From a virus (Duplodnaviria > Heunggongvirae > Uroviricota > Caudoviricetes), in the IMG/VR virus record IMGVR_UViG_2602041644_000008, positions 1 to 37,809 of that record: a stretch of DNA of 37,809 nt; one strand, written 5' to 3'. Both the position numbers and the translations under genes were made by a program. Within the stretch, counting starts at the first letter, position 1. Each line of letters begins with the position of its first letter. Below, in pieces: positions 17,485 to 26,423 of the stretch. The notes beneath the pieces are model-generated. The model was given only the letters and a program-made list of their open reading frames with translations, did no database searches and was not told the origin of the DNA.

Positions 17485-19955
17485 CAGAATCCCCCAACAG
17501 TAAGGCGAGGAATAACGGCAAGAACAGACAGCGGCAACGGATCAAGCTGACGGATTTTTACACGTCCGTTTTTGCCCCAGTTACTGTCCAGTTTCACTTC
17601 TACTTTTCCGGTAGCATCATCAACAGGATCATCGTAGAACTCGAATTCACGCTGTGGATATTCGTACCATTTACCGCCGGGCGTAGTCGCCCAGATGCCG
17701 CGACTGGCATTCACAACCAGAGTAACGGAGGGGATCACCTGTTTTTTGTCCAGCAGCGTTTCCTGTCCGTTAATGTTGATATCCAGTGTTTCGAATTCAG
17801 CAGTTATTGGCAGGCCGATGTGCACTACAGCCCCCGGAGATTCCAGCGTGACGGCACCTCCGGAAACCACTTTCTGTGGTTCCACGTTCGCATCAGAGAG
17901 AATGTTTACGGTCTGGCCTTCAAGATGAGACAGGCCTCCAAATGTCCGGCGCGCCATCTGCCAGTTCGTGGTGGCCACATTCCTGAGGGATGGCGGGACG
18001 TTCCTGTTAGCACGAACCACTACAGCGGTGTTGCTGGTTACAGAAATAATGTCGCAACGTAATTCTTTTGACACTTCATCGCCAGTATCAGGATCAGTTC
18101 CGGTATAAGGGAACTGTAGTTGCGCGCCGACATCACTACTGGTGAAGTACGCACCACCAGAAACACTGATTGTATATTCCGCATGGTAATCCCATTCACC
18201 AGAACCACCAGTGATGGTCATCGTTCTGTCAGACGTATTTCTTCCATCATAGCTAAGGCCAGAATCAACAAAGAAAGCATCTTCATCGCTGGTAAATAAA
18301 CGGCTGGACAGTCGCTCGATGTATCTCACTGTTTGCCCGTTAACGGTTCGGTTAACGACGAAATACACCGCATCTTCATTGCCTTCGCTGATACTGCATG
18401 TGCTTTCATATTTTCCGGTACTGGATTGTGGTGCCCATGCAAAAACCTGCTGATCACGCAAATAGGTCATCACCAGTAATTTACCGTCATCACGAATGCA
18501 GAAGGCACTGGAGTAAGGGACAATCGAGAAGCACCAGTCAACAATGCTGTGCTTCTGAAAAAGATGATTGGCAAGGATGGTCAGGTCGTTCCCCTGATAG
18601 CCGTCAACATCGAATGAGTAGGCCAGATCACGGACAACGCTGCCTTTCTCCTGGACGAACAGAGCAATATTCGCCACGGCAATTGGCGGGACGTTGCTTG
18701 AGCCATTTGATCCCTGAGAGCTGAATGCAAATGATGATGGGGTTAACACTTTGTTCTGGTCGCCGGTGATGACGTACTCACCTCCGGAAGTCAGCGCCAC
18801 CAGAGAACCAACATCAATCAGGTGACGGATCTCATTAACCTGACGCCCGGCATAGGTGTAGATAATTCTGTCGTCATCCTGCGTAGGATTGCTTTTGCCA
18901 AAATCCTTATAATCCCCGGTACGGCTGGCCCAGATAGTCTGAGGGAACGCAGTCGATGCGGCGAAGTAAAGACGTTGTTGATAATAAACAACAGTGCCAG
19001 GATAACCATTAACACTGTTCCAGGCATATTTAGCCCATTTATAGCTGGCATTATCCTCGCCAACGACCTGCGAAGGGATATAGGAAATCACCTCGGCAGT
19101 TGCAGTAGTTCCATTTGCAGCAGTGATACGGGCAATGCCAAAACCACTGTGCAGATATTCCCACTCAATGCCGGTATCATCATCACCGGATCCGCCCCAG
19201 CCATCCCATGATGTGCCTTCTGTATGCGAAGGGCGCAAAGTGCCTGTTTTACCTGCTGTAACAGCGCGATAGTAGTTACTGTCTGCACGGCGAACATCGT
19301 CAATCGACGTACTCTTACTGGTTTCCCATACCGGCACTGAATCCACTGCAGGCTGTTCCAGATAGAACAATTTGCCTACCTGCTCCGAGCCAAAAATAGA
19401 GGCGCTTGCCGTTAACGTAATTGTCCCGGTGCTGGCGCTGGCATAAACCGTCACTGACTCGTCAATATTGATATCTTCAAATGGTCCGTTCTTCGTTACC
19501 ACATCAACCAGTTGCCAGTTGTCATGCGCATAGCGACGCAACTCTTTCGGCGGGTATGCCGGATGAACCAGCGTAAGCACGTCTGCGCTTTGCGTGAATT
19601 TAATTCGGAACAGATCGGCTTCAGTATATGGCGTGGCAATTTCATAAATAACATTGCTGCTGTTCAGCACCAACGCACCATCTTTGATAACGCGCATGTA
19701 CTGGTGTCCGAACTCCAGAGCATAGGTCTGAACCGTCGAGAACTGGAACGGGATCAGGCGGCATTTCCGATTTTGGTATTTGGCGGCACCGACAAAACGC
19801 GTACCAGGTCGATTCTCAACGCCGCCATACTGCCGCACGATAAAGTTATCGCACTTGCGCAATGCTACCTGGTACTTCGCCATGTCAATACGCCCGTACA
19901 ACGACGGTCCAATCTCACCACCGGCAAAACTGGGCTGGATCCAACTGATAGCCAT
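17484..19955 (-). CDS. Tail tubular protein B / nozzle (T7 gp12-like)
   Basis: 823 aa versus 794 for gp12. N-terminus MAISWIQPSFAGGEIGP parallels gp12 MALISQSIKNLKGGISQQP. Follows the gp11-like gene. Confidence 0.55.
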   Translation of the reverse strand: MAISWIQPSFAGGEIGPSLYGRIDMAKYQVALRKCDNFIVRQYGGVENRPGTRFVGAAKYQNRKCRLIPFQFSTVQTYALEFGHQYMRVIKDGALVLNSSNVIYEIATPYTEADLFRIKFTQSADVLTLVHPAYPPKELRRYAHDNWQLVDVVTKNGPFEDINIDESVTVYASASTGTITLTASASIFGSEQVGKLFYLEQPAVDSVPVWETSKSTSIDDVRRADSNYYRAVTAGKTGTLRPSHTEGTSWDGWGGSGDDDTGIEWEYLHSGFGIARITAANGTTATAEVISYIPSQVVGEDNASYKWAKYAWNSVNGYPGTVVYYQQRLYFAASTAFPQTIWASRTGDYKDFGKSNPTQDDDRIIYTYAGRQVNEIRHLIDVGSLVALTSGGEYVITGDQNKVLTPSSFAFSSQGSNGSSNVPPIAVANIALFVQEKGSVVRDLAYSFDVDGYQGNDLTILANHLFQKHSIVDWCFSIVPYSSAFCIRDDGKLLVMTYLRDQQVFAWAPQSSTGKYESTCSISEGNEDAVYFVVNRTVNGQTVRYIERLSSRLFTSDEDAFFVDSGLSYDGRNTSDRTMTITGGSGEWDYHAEYTISVSGGAYFTSSDVGAQLQFPYTGTDPDTGDEVSKELRCDIISVTSNTAVVVRANRNVPPSLRNVATTNWQMARRTFGGLSHLEGQTVNILSDANVEPQKVVSGGAVTLESPGAVVHIGLPITAEFETLDININGQETLLDKKQVIPSVTLVVNASRGIWATTPGGKWYEYPQREFEFYDDPVDDATGKVEVKLDSNWGKNGRVKIRQLDPLPLSVLAVIPRLTVGGF

Positions 19956-20560
19956 CAGGACAACCTCGCAATGGTAAACTCGTCAACCGGTGGCTGTGGT
20001 TCCTGTGATTCATTCTGGCTATGCGAGCCAGCACTCAGAATCACGCGATTGTACATATTGAGGGCAAACGTACCGAGGTCTGCCTTCCCAGTCAGCGCCA
20101 TGTTAATAGCTGCCGCAAGACGCCAGGCCAACGCCTCCATAAAAATGGCATCAAACATGTTCACATCTGAAACGCGAGAGACATACTTGAGCCATGCCTG
20201 CGGCTGGTCTGTGTAGATCAACTTTCCTGTTCCGTTGGTGTCTGCACCAACTTCGTACTGAACGCGCATTGCTGCTGTTGGATTGCGTACACCAGGAAGC
20301 ATAATTTCAGTAATGCGCAGACAATCGGACGGGTACTGGTACGCATATTCCCAGTCAGGCGGTGGATTGCTCGTATCTGCAAGCGCCACGCGTTTGGTAG
20401 CAAAGTTCCAGTCAAAATCAGAAAGCACAGCATCACGGCAGGCCTCAAAGTGCAGCGAACATTCCCCCGCTTCCTTGCTGGCTTCCGTCAGGCTGTTAAT
20501 ACTGCGGCTGTTGCCAATATTGGACAGCGCACGATTGCAGATCTCTACTACAGAGGCCAT
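19955..20560 (-). CDS. Tail tubular protein A / adaptor (T7 gp11-like)
   Basis: 201 aa versus 196 for gp11. ICNRALSNIGNSRSINSLTE..RDAVLSDFDWNFA parallels gp11 VNDILASIGEPPVSTLEG..RQIQSRGWTFN. Confidence 0.55.
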   Translation of the reverse strand: MASVVEICNRALSNIGNSRSINSLTEASKEAGECSLHFEACRDAVLSDFDWNFATKRVALADTSNPPPDWEYAYQYPSDCLRITEIMLPGVRNPTAAMRVQYEVGADTNGTGKLIYTDQPQAWLKYVSRVSDVNMFDAIFMEALAWRLAAAINMALTGKADLGTFALNMYNRVILSAGSHSQNESQEPQPPVDEFTIARLS

Positions 20561-20582
20561 AAGTTTCTATACTCCTGCAATA

Positions 20583-20600
20583 AAGGGGCCGAAGCCCCTT
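20583..20600 (-). terminator. Intra-operon hairpin/attenuator AAGGGGC-TTCG-GCCCCTT followed by TTATT
   Basis: 7-bp GC stem with tetraloop between two late genes. Confidence 0.4.
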
Positions 20601-20616
20601 GTCTGATTCGCGAGGC

Positions 20617-20961
20617 TTACACGCCCAGTTCTTTACGCTTATCTGCGATCTTCTTGCGTAGCGTTTCGGCTTTGGCGTTATGGTGTGGCTTCTCGTTAAA
20701 GAGCAATTCGTACTCTTCACGGAGCTTATCCAGTTCACCATCATCTGACACATCGTTGATGATTTTGGTGCTGGTTGCTGCCATTGACACCTTTCCTGCA
20801 ACTTTTGCTTTTGCCTGTCTGGCTGCATCGTTAACAGGTTCCAGTGCGCTACCAGGCTCACCTTCGTATTCGATTTCTGCCCCCTCCGGCCACAGAGTGT
20901 TATGGATATGAGAGAGGCGCAGAACGCGGTATCTTGGTTTCTCACCTGACATCGATATCAC
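20617..20961 (-). CDS. Hypothetical head-module protein (114 aa)
   Basis: ORF in the late operon. No domain recognised. Confidence 0.4.
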   Translation of the reverse strand: MISMSGEKPRYRVLRLSHIHNTLWPEGAEIEYEGEPGSALEPVNDAARQAKAKVAGKVSMAATSTKIINDVSDDGELDKLREEYELLFNEKPHHNAKAETLRKKIADKRKELGV

Positions 20962-20962
20962 C

Positions 20963-21400
20963 TTAACCAGTTACTTTTGAGCGGATCGGGTACGGCGTAT
21001 TGGCATCAACATCCAGACTGATACCCGCAGTGAATTTGCCAGCCGTTAGTGGGCCAGTTGCGACGGAGTAGTTAACACGCAGATATCGCTGAACACCGGC
21101 AGGCACCTTTGCAGAAACAACTCGTTTACCTGCTGTCAGGGCGGTCTTTGCCAGTGCGCCACTATCATAAATAGTGGTCCATGAGCTGTTATTCTCACTC
21201 GTCTGCAACTGGATGTTTACAGTTGCCTCACCACTTGCCGTGGCGGCTTCGTTAACCAGCACCCAAAACTCAAGCGGATAACCCACGCCGATATCACGAC
21301 GTTTTCCGTCAATTGGACCGAGATCGATTACGTCAGTAGAAGCCGCGGTATTCGTAACCGCCTGAGCTTCGGAGAACATCAACAGTTTGTCGGTGATCAT
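20963..21400 (-). CDS. Hypothetical head protein (145 aa; decoration/minor capsid candidate)
   Basis: Follows the major capsid gene and a hairpin. Beta-rich composition. Confidence 0.4.
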   Translation of the reverse strand: MITDKLLMFSEAQAVTNTAASTDVIDLGPIDGKRRDIGVGYPLEFWVLVNEAATASGEATVNIQLQTSENNSSWTTIYDSGALAKTALTAGKRVVSAKVPAGVQRYLRVNYSVATGPLTAGKFTAGISLDVDANTPYPIRSKVTG

Positions 21401-21405
21401 CTTCT

Positions 21406-21425
21406 TTCTCCATTAGTGGGTCTGT
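21406..21425 (-). promoter_or_regulatory. Stem-loop immediately downstream of the major capsid gene (transcript stabiliser/partial terminator)
   Basis: GTGGGTC-N6-GACCCAC. Typical placement for capsid-gene stoichiometry control. Confidence 0.4.
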
Positions 21426-21451
21426 TACGACCCACAGGTTAATAACAGGCG

Positions 21452-22438
21452 TTACACCACGCGGGCTTCTGTTTCCAGAAGCGCATCAGTTTCACGGATT
21501 GGTACACCACGGAATGAAGTCCACCACTCGCCTTCTGTCTCTTTTACGCTGATCGCCAGAGATGTTTTCTCCAGAGATTGCAGATCAAGAGCCTGGCCTA
21601 CAGTGCGGTTCATGTAGAACACCGGGCGACCCATGCCACGATTTGGAATGCGATGCAGTGCTTTAACCATCAACTTCGCAATATTTGCGGCAGAGGATGG
21701 TTCTGAAAGATTGCTGACATCGATGTTTGCAATGCGAACAACATAACGCCAGTCACGCAGAGCAAGTCCGTTATCCCATTTGTAATGGGTACGGTAGCCT
21801 TCGTACTTGCCGCCATTAGCATCTTCCAGTGTCACCTGGCCTTTATCTTCCATCTGAATGCCAGCCTTCTGCCCTTTCGGGAAGATGCCATGCACGGTGT
21901 TTTCGCCCCACACCACTAACCAGATTGAGGTGTTATCTGTACCCGTGCCACCAGCATCAATGATGTTCTGAGCATTACCTGCAGACAGGCTGGAATAGCG
22001 GGAGGACAGTCCCATAAACTGCTGAGGGTTAACGCTGGAATCACCATAAAACAGCGTCTGCGCCATCTGCTGATTCATCGCTTCAATAAATGCGCGGTCT
22101 TCAGACAGGCGGAATTCGGCGGTATTGCCGTTCAGATCAGCCAGTGACTTATCGACTTCAGCATAGGTTTCCAGCATGCCCACGGAATCGGTTACCTGCA
22201 CTGTGGTTGATTTGCTTGGCTGTACGCCATAGTTCAGCAAACGCCAGGTAGCTGAAGGTAAACCAGAACGAATGGTGGTTTTGTGTCCGGTAGGAAGGTT
22301 CCCTTCGACAAAAGGCATATCCTGAAGGATCGGGTTAGTTTGACCGAGAAGCTCGATAATCTTATCGACTTTCCCATCTGGATCGACGCGCTTACCCCAG
22401 TCAGCCAGCGTTAGCGCAGTTAAGCCTTTAACAGCCAT
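21452..22438 (-). CDS. Major capsid protein
   Basis: 328-aa protein directly after the acidic scaffold gene. Call is positional; not T7 gp10-like in sequence. Confidence 0.6.
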   Translation of the reverse strand: MAVKGLTALTLADWGKRVDPDGKVDKIIELLGQTNPILQDMPFVEGNLPTGHKTTIRSGLPSATWRLLNYGVQPSKSTTVQVTDSVGMLETYAEVDKSLADLNGNTAEFRLSEDRAFIEAMNQQMAQTLFYGDSSVNPQQFMGLSSRYSSLSAGNAQNIIDAGGTGTDNTSIWLVVWGENTVHGIFPKGQKAGIQMEDKGQVTLEDANGGKYEGYRTHYKWDNGLALRDWRYVVRIANIDVSNLSEPSSAANIAKLMVKALHRIPNRGMGRPVFYMNRTVGQALDLQSLEKTSLAISVKETEGEWWTSFRGVPIRETDALLETEARVV

Positions 22439-22452
22439 TGTTATTTCCTCTC

Positions 22453-23154
22453 TTATTTGCCATAGAGCACTTCGGCCGCACTACGCTGGCCTTCATTACC
22501 ACCGGTGACCATGCCATCTTCAGACATCGCCTTTCCGATTTTCACGAACGTTTTGACCAGATCAGGGTGATTACCCAGCCCGGTGGTGTTCAGATATTCT
22601 TTGAGTTCAGGTGTCCCGAACTGGTCAAGCGCACGCTGTGCGGCGCTAAGGTTAGAAATCAACTTGTCGCCACCGATTTCTTTGTCAGCTTTTACATCAG
22701 CAGCCCACTGCTCGGTTGTTTTCTGCCAGGCTTCTGCCTGGCGCTGCTGAACACCTGCCAGAATCTTCGGATAAGCATCAACCAGCTTTTGCGCTTGCTC
22801 GTTGGTCAGGTTAAGTTCTCGCGCCACCGGCTCGAATTCCTTCAACGCTTCTGTATCCAGCTCTACGCCTTCGGCAGCCTGAAACTCGTACTTCTCCGGC
22901 GCACCATCCGGTTTATCGCCGTCCTTTTTTTCACCCTGCTTATCGCTTTCAGGCTTTTTGTCATCAGCAGGTTTATCGCCATCAGCAACAGGTTGCGGCT
23001 TATCACCTTCTTGTTGTGATGGATCACCAACTGGAGCATGGTTATCACCTGCAGGCGCTGACGGTTCTGACGCAGCCGGAGCTGCTCCACCATCGACTGG
23101 TTGCTCATTGCAAAGACGGCGATACAGCAAACGCTCAAATAAATTCATGATCAC
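22453..23154 (-). CDS. Scaffolding protein
   Basis: Highly acidic, Pro/Asp/Lys-rich N-terminus and helical C-terminus. Sits between portal and capsid genes. Confidence 0.6.
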   Translation of the reverse strand: MIMNLFERLLYRRLCNEQPVDGGAAPAASEPSAPAGDNHAPVGDPSQQEGDKPQPVADGDKPADDKKPESDKQGEKKDGDKPDGAPEKYEFQAAEGVELDTEALKEFEPVARELNLTNEQAQKLVDAYPKILAGVQQRQAEAWQKTTEQWAADVKADKEIGGDKLISNLSAAQRALDQFGTPELKEYLNTTGLGNHPDLVKTFVKIGKAMSEDGMVTGGNEGQRSAAEVLYGK

Positions 23155-23447
23155 TCCTGTTCACTGGCCTCTTTGGCCATCTTCAAATACTGTTCAGGGC
23201 AATGCGCCATAACGCGCTGAAACAGTTCCAGCGCCAGATTGCGTTGCCCCTCATTAAATGCCATTGCCATAGCGTCCATCGGTGAGATAGCGGAAAACAC
23301 ACGGCCTTTCTCCAGCACCGACCAGACAACGCGACGCCCCTGTTCACTGCTCATGACAAAGCGAATGTCATCAATTTCACGCTGCGCCATGTCACGTTGC
23401 TTACGGGCGTTTTCTTCTTTCAGTTGATCGTCTTCGTAATCTGTCAT
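23151..23447 (-). CDS. Hypothetical protein (98 aa) between portal and scaffold
   Basis: Overlapping start/stop coupling with neighbours. Confidence 0.4.
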   Translation of the reverse strand: MTDYEDDQLKEENARKQRDMAQREIDDIRFVMSSEQGRRVVWSVLEKGRVFSAISPMDAMAMAFNEGQRNLALELFQRVMAHCPEQYLKMAKEASEQE

Positions 23448-25123
23448 TGTGATTGCCCACCCTGACCACTAACTGCATTCGCCATAGCTGACAAAACACT
23501 CGGATCCGAAGTTTTAGCTTCGCTTAGCGTCTTGGCACCCTGTGCCGCCGCCATCCCCATCGCCATCATTTGTTGCTGCTGTTGCTGCTGTGCCCGTTGC
23601 TGGCGAGCCTGCTCAACCTGTTCCTGCGGAACAATGACGGTTGGAGACACTCCGGACATATCAGCGAATGCATCGATCGCCTGATCAACGTTGAGTTTGT
23701 CGAGAGCTTCTGGTTTCGCTTGCGCAAGTTGACCAATGAAGTTGACCGTAGACGCCAGACTGGACAGGCCGATAGACTTCTGCGCCTGAGCCATGACGGA
23801 AATGTATTCGACCTTCAGGGGCATACCTTCCATCGCGTCAGGCGGTGGCGGCAGCATGTTTTTACGCACCATCATCGAGAAAGAGCGGTCAATGAGAGGA
23901 TTAAGACATTCGTCGTTCAGACGCTCCAGAACCGGCCCCAACATCAGAAGTTTTTCTTCTTTCATTTCGATCACCGCTTCAACAGGCATCGAGCGGGTAT
24001 TGATGTTCTGCAACATCATGAACAGATCGACAAAGTAGGCGCTGTTAATGATTTGACGAGTGTCCTGAATGTCTGCTACCAAATCTGCTGTACTGGGGTT
24101 AACCAGATAAGCAGGCCTGAAGCCATCCTGACCAGTAATCTGATCGATATACGTGATGTCGCCAGGAAGAAGGGAGGCGCGCTGATTCTTGAGGGAAATC
24201 GGAGCAACCATCGGCGGATTGGTGGCTTTATCAATCAACTGCGACTTGCGCTTCTGGAGAAGCTGCAATGCCTTAACAGGTCCAAGCGCCAGCATACCCG
24301 GGCATGATGATCCATAAACATCTTCGCCGTTAACTTCCCAGCGCGGAGCCATAATTGGAAACTCATCGAATCCGGACTCACGCAACAACTTGTCGTTATC
24401 GCCACCAACCTCGTAATAAACCGATTTGAATGGCTTGTTCTTGCTATCCAGCTTCGATGTATCGCGGTCAATGTTCGGGTAAACCGAATGCATCACTTCA
24501 ATCCACTTCTCGTAGGTGCCGCTTTCCCACATGCTTTTTACGGATTCGCTGACGTTATTTAGCCCGAACTCCTGAACAAGCTGACGAACAGTCATAGAGA
24601 ACTTGCGAAAACAGGTGTCCACACTGCCACGAGGTGAGTTAGCCAGGTAGTAACTGCCTATCGGGAATGGCATTGTGCGAATGATGTCCTCGTCATCCTC
24701 CAGCACTGCCATTGCACCAGTGCTGTATGTGCCGAGGCTTCCGTATAACTGCGGCAGCGACTGATAGAGATTCGACTTATTGAACATATCGTTCATGCGG
24801 TTCTGCACCGCCTCAAGCCACAACTTAACAGGGCCATAATCCATCATTTCAGGATCTGGCGTAGCCAGGCGAAACCACGGACGCGCGGGGCTTGTGATGC
24901 CTGACATCATGCCGCTGGCGAGAGTGCGCGCCGCCATAGTCCCGGTCGAATCAATAATGCGTGTATTGCGTCGATCGTTACGGTTGACCTCAGAAGTCAG
25001 AAAGCGGGAACCACGCGGGTTGATGTAATCACTCAACTCGCGCCAGTGCGGCTCGAACGACTGACGCTCGCTTTCAAGTTGTGCGAACTGTTTGTTCAAT
25101 CGCTCTTTAGTTGTTTCCGCCAT
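23444..25123 (-). CDS. Portal (head-to-tail connector) protein, T7 gp8-like
   Basis: 559 aa. C-terminal QQRAQQQQQQQMMAMGMAAAQG..AMANAVSGQG parallels the T7 gp8 C-terminus (QQKMAQQSMQMGMDNGAAALAQGMAAQ). Confidence 0.75.
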   Translation of the reverse strand: MAETTKERLNKQFAQLESERQSFEPHWRELSDYINPRGSRFLTSEVNRNDRRNTRIIDSTGTMAARTLASGMMSGITSPARPWFRLATPDPEMMDYGPVKLWLEAVQNRMNDMFNKSNLYQSLPQLYGSLGTYSTGAMAVLEDDEDIIRTMPFPIGSYYLANSPRGSVDTCFRKFSMTVRQLVQEFGLNNVSESVKSMWESGTYEKWIEVMHSVYPNIDRDTSKLDSKNKPFKSVYYEVGGDNDKLLRESGFDEFPIMAPRWEVNGEDVYGSSCPGMLALGPVKALQLLQKRKSQLIDKATNPPMVAPISLKNQRASLLPGDITYIDQITGQDGFRPAYLVNPSTADLVADIQDTRQIINSAYFVDLFMMLQNINTRSMPVEAVIEMKEEKLLMLGPVLERLNDECLNPLIDRSFSMMVRKNMLPPPPDAMEGMPLKVEYISVMAQAQKSIGLSSLASTVNFIGQLAQAKPEALDKLNVDQAIDAFADMSGVSPTVIVPQEQVEQARQQRAQQQQQQQMMAMGMAAAQGAKTLSEAKTSDPSVLSAMANAVSGQGGQSQ

Positions 25124-25137
25124 TTCAATGACTCCGG

Positions 25138-25344
25138 TTACTGACCAAGCAGCGTTTTACCGCTGGTATTAGCGGTTGATGTGTCACCCTGAGAACCGGT
25201 AAGCAGCGTAGAACTACGACCAGCAGCAGCGCGACGGCGACGTGTTTCTTCGTCGCGGGCATCAACAACGGCGGCATCCTGCTCCTGTGGTGCTGCCTGA
25301 ACTTCTGGTGTTGCAGGCACTGATGGTGAGCTACCCATGCACAT
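25138..25344 (-). CDS. Small Pro/Ala-rich protein (68 aa) upstream of portal
   Basis: Shares the RBS context GGAGTCATTGA-N-ATG with the portal gene. Confidence 0.35.
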   Translation of the reverse strand: MCMGSSPSVPATPEVQAAPQEQDAAVVDARDEETRRRRAAAGRSSTLLTGSQGDTSTANTSGKTLLGQ

Positions 25345-25433
25345 ATCAATGACTCCGTACGCAATTAAATTATTACCAATTTAACCACATATGATTTATT
25401 TATCGTAGATAATTGACATTTAACGCACGAGTT

Positions 25434-25450
25434 ATTACCTTTCAGGTAAG
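25434..25450. promoter_or_regulatory. Operator dyad ATTACCTTTCAGGTAAG next to a TTGACA -35 box (25413-25418)
   Basis: Intergenic, between the start of the minus-strand late genes and the plus-strand leader/tRNA unit. Confidence 0.5.
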
Positions 25451-25479
25451 CAAAGAGTTCATTCCGGTTATTAACCTGA

Positions 25480-25770
25480 CTGGCTTGTCGTTAAATTGAA
25501 CAGGTGGAGTGAGCTTTTATTTTGAGCAGTACGGCGTATGGCACATGCGCCGATAGCGGTCTGGATACGTTTAAGGGGTACCCTCCCTTGCTCGGGCAAA
25601 CGAACCAGGTAGCCGGAATGTGCAAGTCGAGCGGTTTTATTCCGCGCACGGGGATTCACCATCCCGGCGATTCGGTGTGACGCCTCGGAAGAGACGAGGG
25701 TACAACGATGAGAGCATTTATGGAGCCGCGACAAAGTGTGGCGCCTTAACAGGCTAAGTGCTCTCAGCGT
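25480..25770 (+). ncRNA. GC-rich, highly structured non-coding leader upstream of the tRNA (candidate ncRNA or tRNA remnant)
   Basis: No ORF of 60 aa or more on the plus strand. Long-range pairing GGTACCCTC/GAGGGTACC encloses hairpins CTTGC-TCGG-GCAAG, CGGAAT..ATTCCG and GGGAT-TCACC-ATCCC. Confidence 0.35.
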
Positions 25771-25771
25771 T

Positions 25772-25848
25772 GTGGCATTAGCTCAGTTGGACAGAGCAAC
25801 CGCCTTCTAAGCGGTTGGTTGCAGGTTCGAATCCTGCATGCCACGCCA
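25772..25848 (+). tRNA. tRNA-Arg (anticodon UCU)
   Basis: Cloverleaf: acceptor GTGGCAT/ATGCCAC, D-arm GCTC..GAGC, anticodon stem ACCGC/GCGGT with loop CTTCTAA, T-arm GCAGG-TTCGAAT-CCTGC, 3' CCA encoded. Resembles argU. Confidence 0.85.
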
Positions 25849-25891
25849 GAATCACGCCTAAGGACCGTGATGCCAGAAGTTCCAGGTGCTT

Positions 25892-25934
25892 GGCGGTGAC
25901 AGTTTCCCTTGAAGGACTATCACCGCCCTTTTTA
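25892..25934 (+). terminator. Rho-independent terminator after the tRNA
   Basis: GGCGGTGA...TCACCGCC followed by CTTTTT. Confidence 0.6.
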
Positions 25935-26011
25935 CAGCAGGACGCCATTGCGATGACTTCATGCTGTAAACCCGTACAGCCACGGAAGGCATAACTCATT
26001 GCTTCCAGTTC

Positions 26012-26038
26012 GCCCGGTTCGCCGGGCATTTTTTTAAG
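26012..26038 (+). terminator. Terminator-like hairpin 10 nt upstream of the Gp49-like start
   Basis: GCCCGG-TTCG-CCGGGC followed by ATTTTTTT, then RBS AAGGTGAG. Confidence 0.45.
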
Positions 26039-26046
26039 GTGAGATT

Positions 26047-26403
26047 ATGAACGACCAGCAAATCGAAAAAGAAATCGTTGAGAAAGGCAAAACCGCTCCG
26101 CGAGTTACGCCTCAATATATCGAAAGCATCATTCTTGAAGAGCATTTCTTTACTGCTTATGACGGCATTCGTGCTGCCAATATGGGCGTTGGCGATACGT
26201 GGACAGCGCATAAATCTACAGACCTCCTTACTTTCTGCGTACTGGTGCTGAAGAATGGCTTCACCGTCACCGGAGAGAGCGCATGTGCAAGCCCGGAAAA
26301 CTTTGATGCAGAAATTGGTCGGAAGATTGCCAGGCAGAATGCTGTAAACAAAATCTGGATGCTTGAAGGTTACTTGCTGAAGCAGAAGTTAAGCGAGCAA
26401 TAA
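26047..26403 (+). CDS. Gp49-like phage protein (unknown function)
   Basis: RBS AAGGTGAG. Sequence resembles the small Gp49 family common in enterobacterial prophages. Opposite strand to the flanking late genes. Confidence 0.5.
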   Translation: MNDQQIEKEIVEKGKTAPRVTPQYIESIILEEHFFTAYDGIRAANMGVGDTWTAHKSTDLLTFCVLVLKNGFTVTGESACASPENFDAEIGRKIARQNAVNKIWMLEGYLLKQKLSEQ

Positions 26404-26406
26404 CAC

Positions 26407-26420
26407 CGTGACATGTCACA
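26407..26420. repeat. Palindrome CGTGACATGTCACA (copy 1), at the 3' flank of terL and the Gp49-like gene
   Basis: Perfect 12-bp palindrome GTGACATGTCAC. Identical 14-mer recurs at 28673-28686. Confidence 0.6.
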
Positions 26421-26423
26421 AAC

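Noticed and set aside
23444-23600. Poly-glutamine codon run at the portal C-terminus as a DNA tandem repeat
   Set aside because: It is in-frame CAG/CAA coding for the conserved Q-rich portal tail seen in T7 gp8, not a non-coding repeat.
25471-25734. 87-aa minus-strand ORF inside the GC-rich region upstream of the tRNA
   Set aside because: Arg/Ser-rich composition, no RBS, and it lies in a structured non-coding leader transcribed on the other strand. Treated as spurious.
25772-25848. tRNA initially read as anticodon CUA (amber suppressor)
   Set aside because: Re-folding the cloverleaf (anticodon stem ACCGC/GCGGT, loop CTTCTAA) places UCU at positions 34-36. This is a standard phage-borne tRNA-Arg(UCU).
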